Shown: positions 62,337 through 64,000 of the stretch, one piece after another
Layout: the number at the start of each line of letters is the position of its first letter
How positions within the stretch are numbered: position 1 is the stretch's first letter
Assembly: GCA_977017645.1 (NCBI GenBank)
Contig: OZ360226.1
Coordinates: 134,602,001-134,666,000 of the forward strand
Source of the DNA: Torpedo marmorata
Taxonomy: Eukaryota
Direction of reading: 5' to 3'
DNA: 64,000 nucleotides
Made by a program: the position numbers and the translations under genes
The notes under the pieces: generated by a model
What the model was told of the DNA's origin: nothing
The model's input: the letters and a program-made list of their open reading frames with translations, nothing else
The model's database searches: none

Positions 62337-63780
62337 TGTGGCGGGTCAAGCCACTTAGATCTCAAACCATCATTCGGTGGAGTCGGGCACTCGCGAGAGC
62401 TCGAGCGCTCGCGGGAGCTAGAGCACTGGCTCTTATCTGAAAGAGCAGCTGACACGACGTACGGGACCACAGCGCGCCTTCTTGACTTTTGCGGCCAGCA
62501 AGTTAAAGCGTCCCTTGTCCGGTGACAGTTTTGTTGAGCTGTAATGTTAACCATTAAACTCAGTGTTTAGACAAAACGCGAACGACTTCAATGGTGACCC
62601 CGACGATCCAAAACGGCCTCTTTTGGATTTCATAATGCTTGGAGGAGACAACCCAGATCAACAGATTCACAAGGTGGCCGGAGGCCGTCCCGCTCTTGGA
62701 TACCTCCACTGTGACCTGTGCACGTGCCCTCATCGCCCACTGGATCACTCGCTTTGGCGTGCCGGCAGACATCTCCTCCGACAGAGGTGCGCAGTTCACC
62801 TCCGAGCTGTGGTCAGCAATGGCGCGGCTGCTTGGCACTAAGCTGCACCACACAACGGCCTACCACCCGCAATCAAACGTCATAGTGGGACGTTTTCACC
62901 GGCACATGAAGGCATCCCTCAAAGCACGGCTCACAGGCCCAAACTGGATGGACAAATTGCCGTGGATCATGCTAGGTATACGCACTGCCCCTAAGGAGGA
63001 CCTGGCAACTTCCTCGGCCGAGCTGGTGTACGGTCCCAGGGGACTTCATCCCGGCGGCGCGTGCACATCAAGAAACGCCCGTGACCATGCTGACACGCCT
63101 CCGTGAGAAGGTGGGCACGCTTTCTCCAGTCCCAACGTCCCGACACGGTCTCACAGCCGCGTACATCCCACCCAACCTCAAGGACTGCCAGTACGTTTTC
63201 CTTCGCTGAGATTCTCACCGTACACCTCTGCAAAAGCCTTACGAGGGACTCTTCAGAGTACTGCAAAATGACGCCACGGCTTTCATTATTGACATGGGTG
63301 GCAGACACGAGACGGTCACCGTAGACCGTCTTAAGCTGGCACACTTGGACATTGACCAACCAGTGCAGGTGGCACAACCCCGCTGCAGAGGGCGTCCACC
63401 CTCACGACCAAACCCGCCCTCAACTCAACCAGCTGCAACCCCGAACACGGGAGACACATGCACAAGATCACGCCGCCTCACTCGACAGCCTAACCGTCTC
63501 CATTACTCTGGTTCTGGGGGGGGTCATGTGGTGGATCGAGCCACTTAGATCTCAAACCGTCATTCGGCGGGATCGGGCACTCGCGAGAGCTTGAGCACTC
63601 GCGGGAGCTAGAGCACTGGCTCTTATCTGAAAGAGCAGCTGACACGACGTACGGGACCACAGCGCGCCTTCTTGACTTTTGCGGCCAGCAAGTTAAAGCG
63701 TCCCTTGTCCGGTGACAGTTTTGTTGAGCTGTAATGTTAACCATTAAACTCAGTGTTTAGACAAAACGCGAACGACTTCA
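62337..63780 (+). mobile_element. Internally deleted Gypsy element (two 254-bp LTRs, partial integrase only)
   Basis: LTRs at 62337-62590 and 63527-63780, TSD CCAT, tRNA-Trp PBS TGGTGACCCCGACG at 62592, poly-G PPT, RFTRWPEAVP..SDRGAQF..YHPQSN. Confidence 0.95.
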
Positions 63781-64000
63781 CCATGCTGAGAGCTTAGCAG
63801 CTCCGTGAGGAATGAATGTTACAAGTGAGTGAATTTCTAAAGGTGAACCATTTGCTGATCTGTAATGGATGCACTGTTCCACCAAGAAAAGATGATACAA
63901 GTGGATATGGGCCAAATTGTCAAACTAATCAATTTATTATCAGTTTAGTGAACGTCCCTTTGCACCTCCAAATTTTTAATTTTCTCCCCATCCAAATAAT

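Overview
Eukaryotic, repeat-dense vertebrate DNA. The mix of V-SINEs, Rex1/Babar, CR1, L1, Neptune-type Penelope, Gypsy and pogo/Tc1 elements suggests a cartilaginous fish (inference). The only host-gene sequence I can recognise is a 133-bp coding exon at 57746-57878 (+) encoding the N-terminal segment of a P4-ATPase phospholipid flippase, most like ATP8A2 exon 2, so much of the window is probably its large first intron or upstream region. Most of the rest is nested transposons, many with readable target-site duplications (TSDs): three L1 families (one twin-primed), a full-length decayed Gypsy, an internally deleted Gypsy, a pogo-type DD35D transposon with an unbroken transposase ORF, a deleted Tc1, and a Penelope with an inverted arm carrying hammerhead-ribozyme motifs. 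The most unusual structure is a ~3.7-kb palindrome (22543-26233): two oppositely oriented copies of a composite non-autonomous TIR element carrying telomere-like and GC-rich repeats, tied to a local inverted duplication of flanking DNA. I see no convincing wholly new protein-coding system. All calls were made by eye without database searches.
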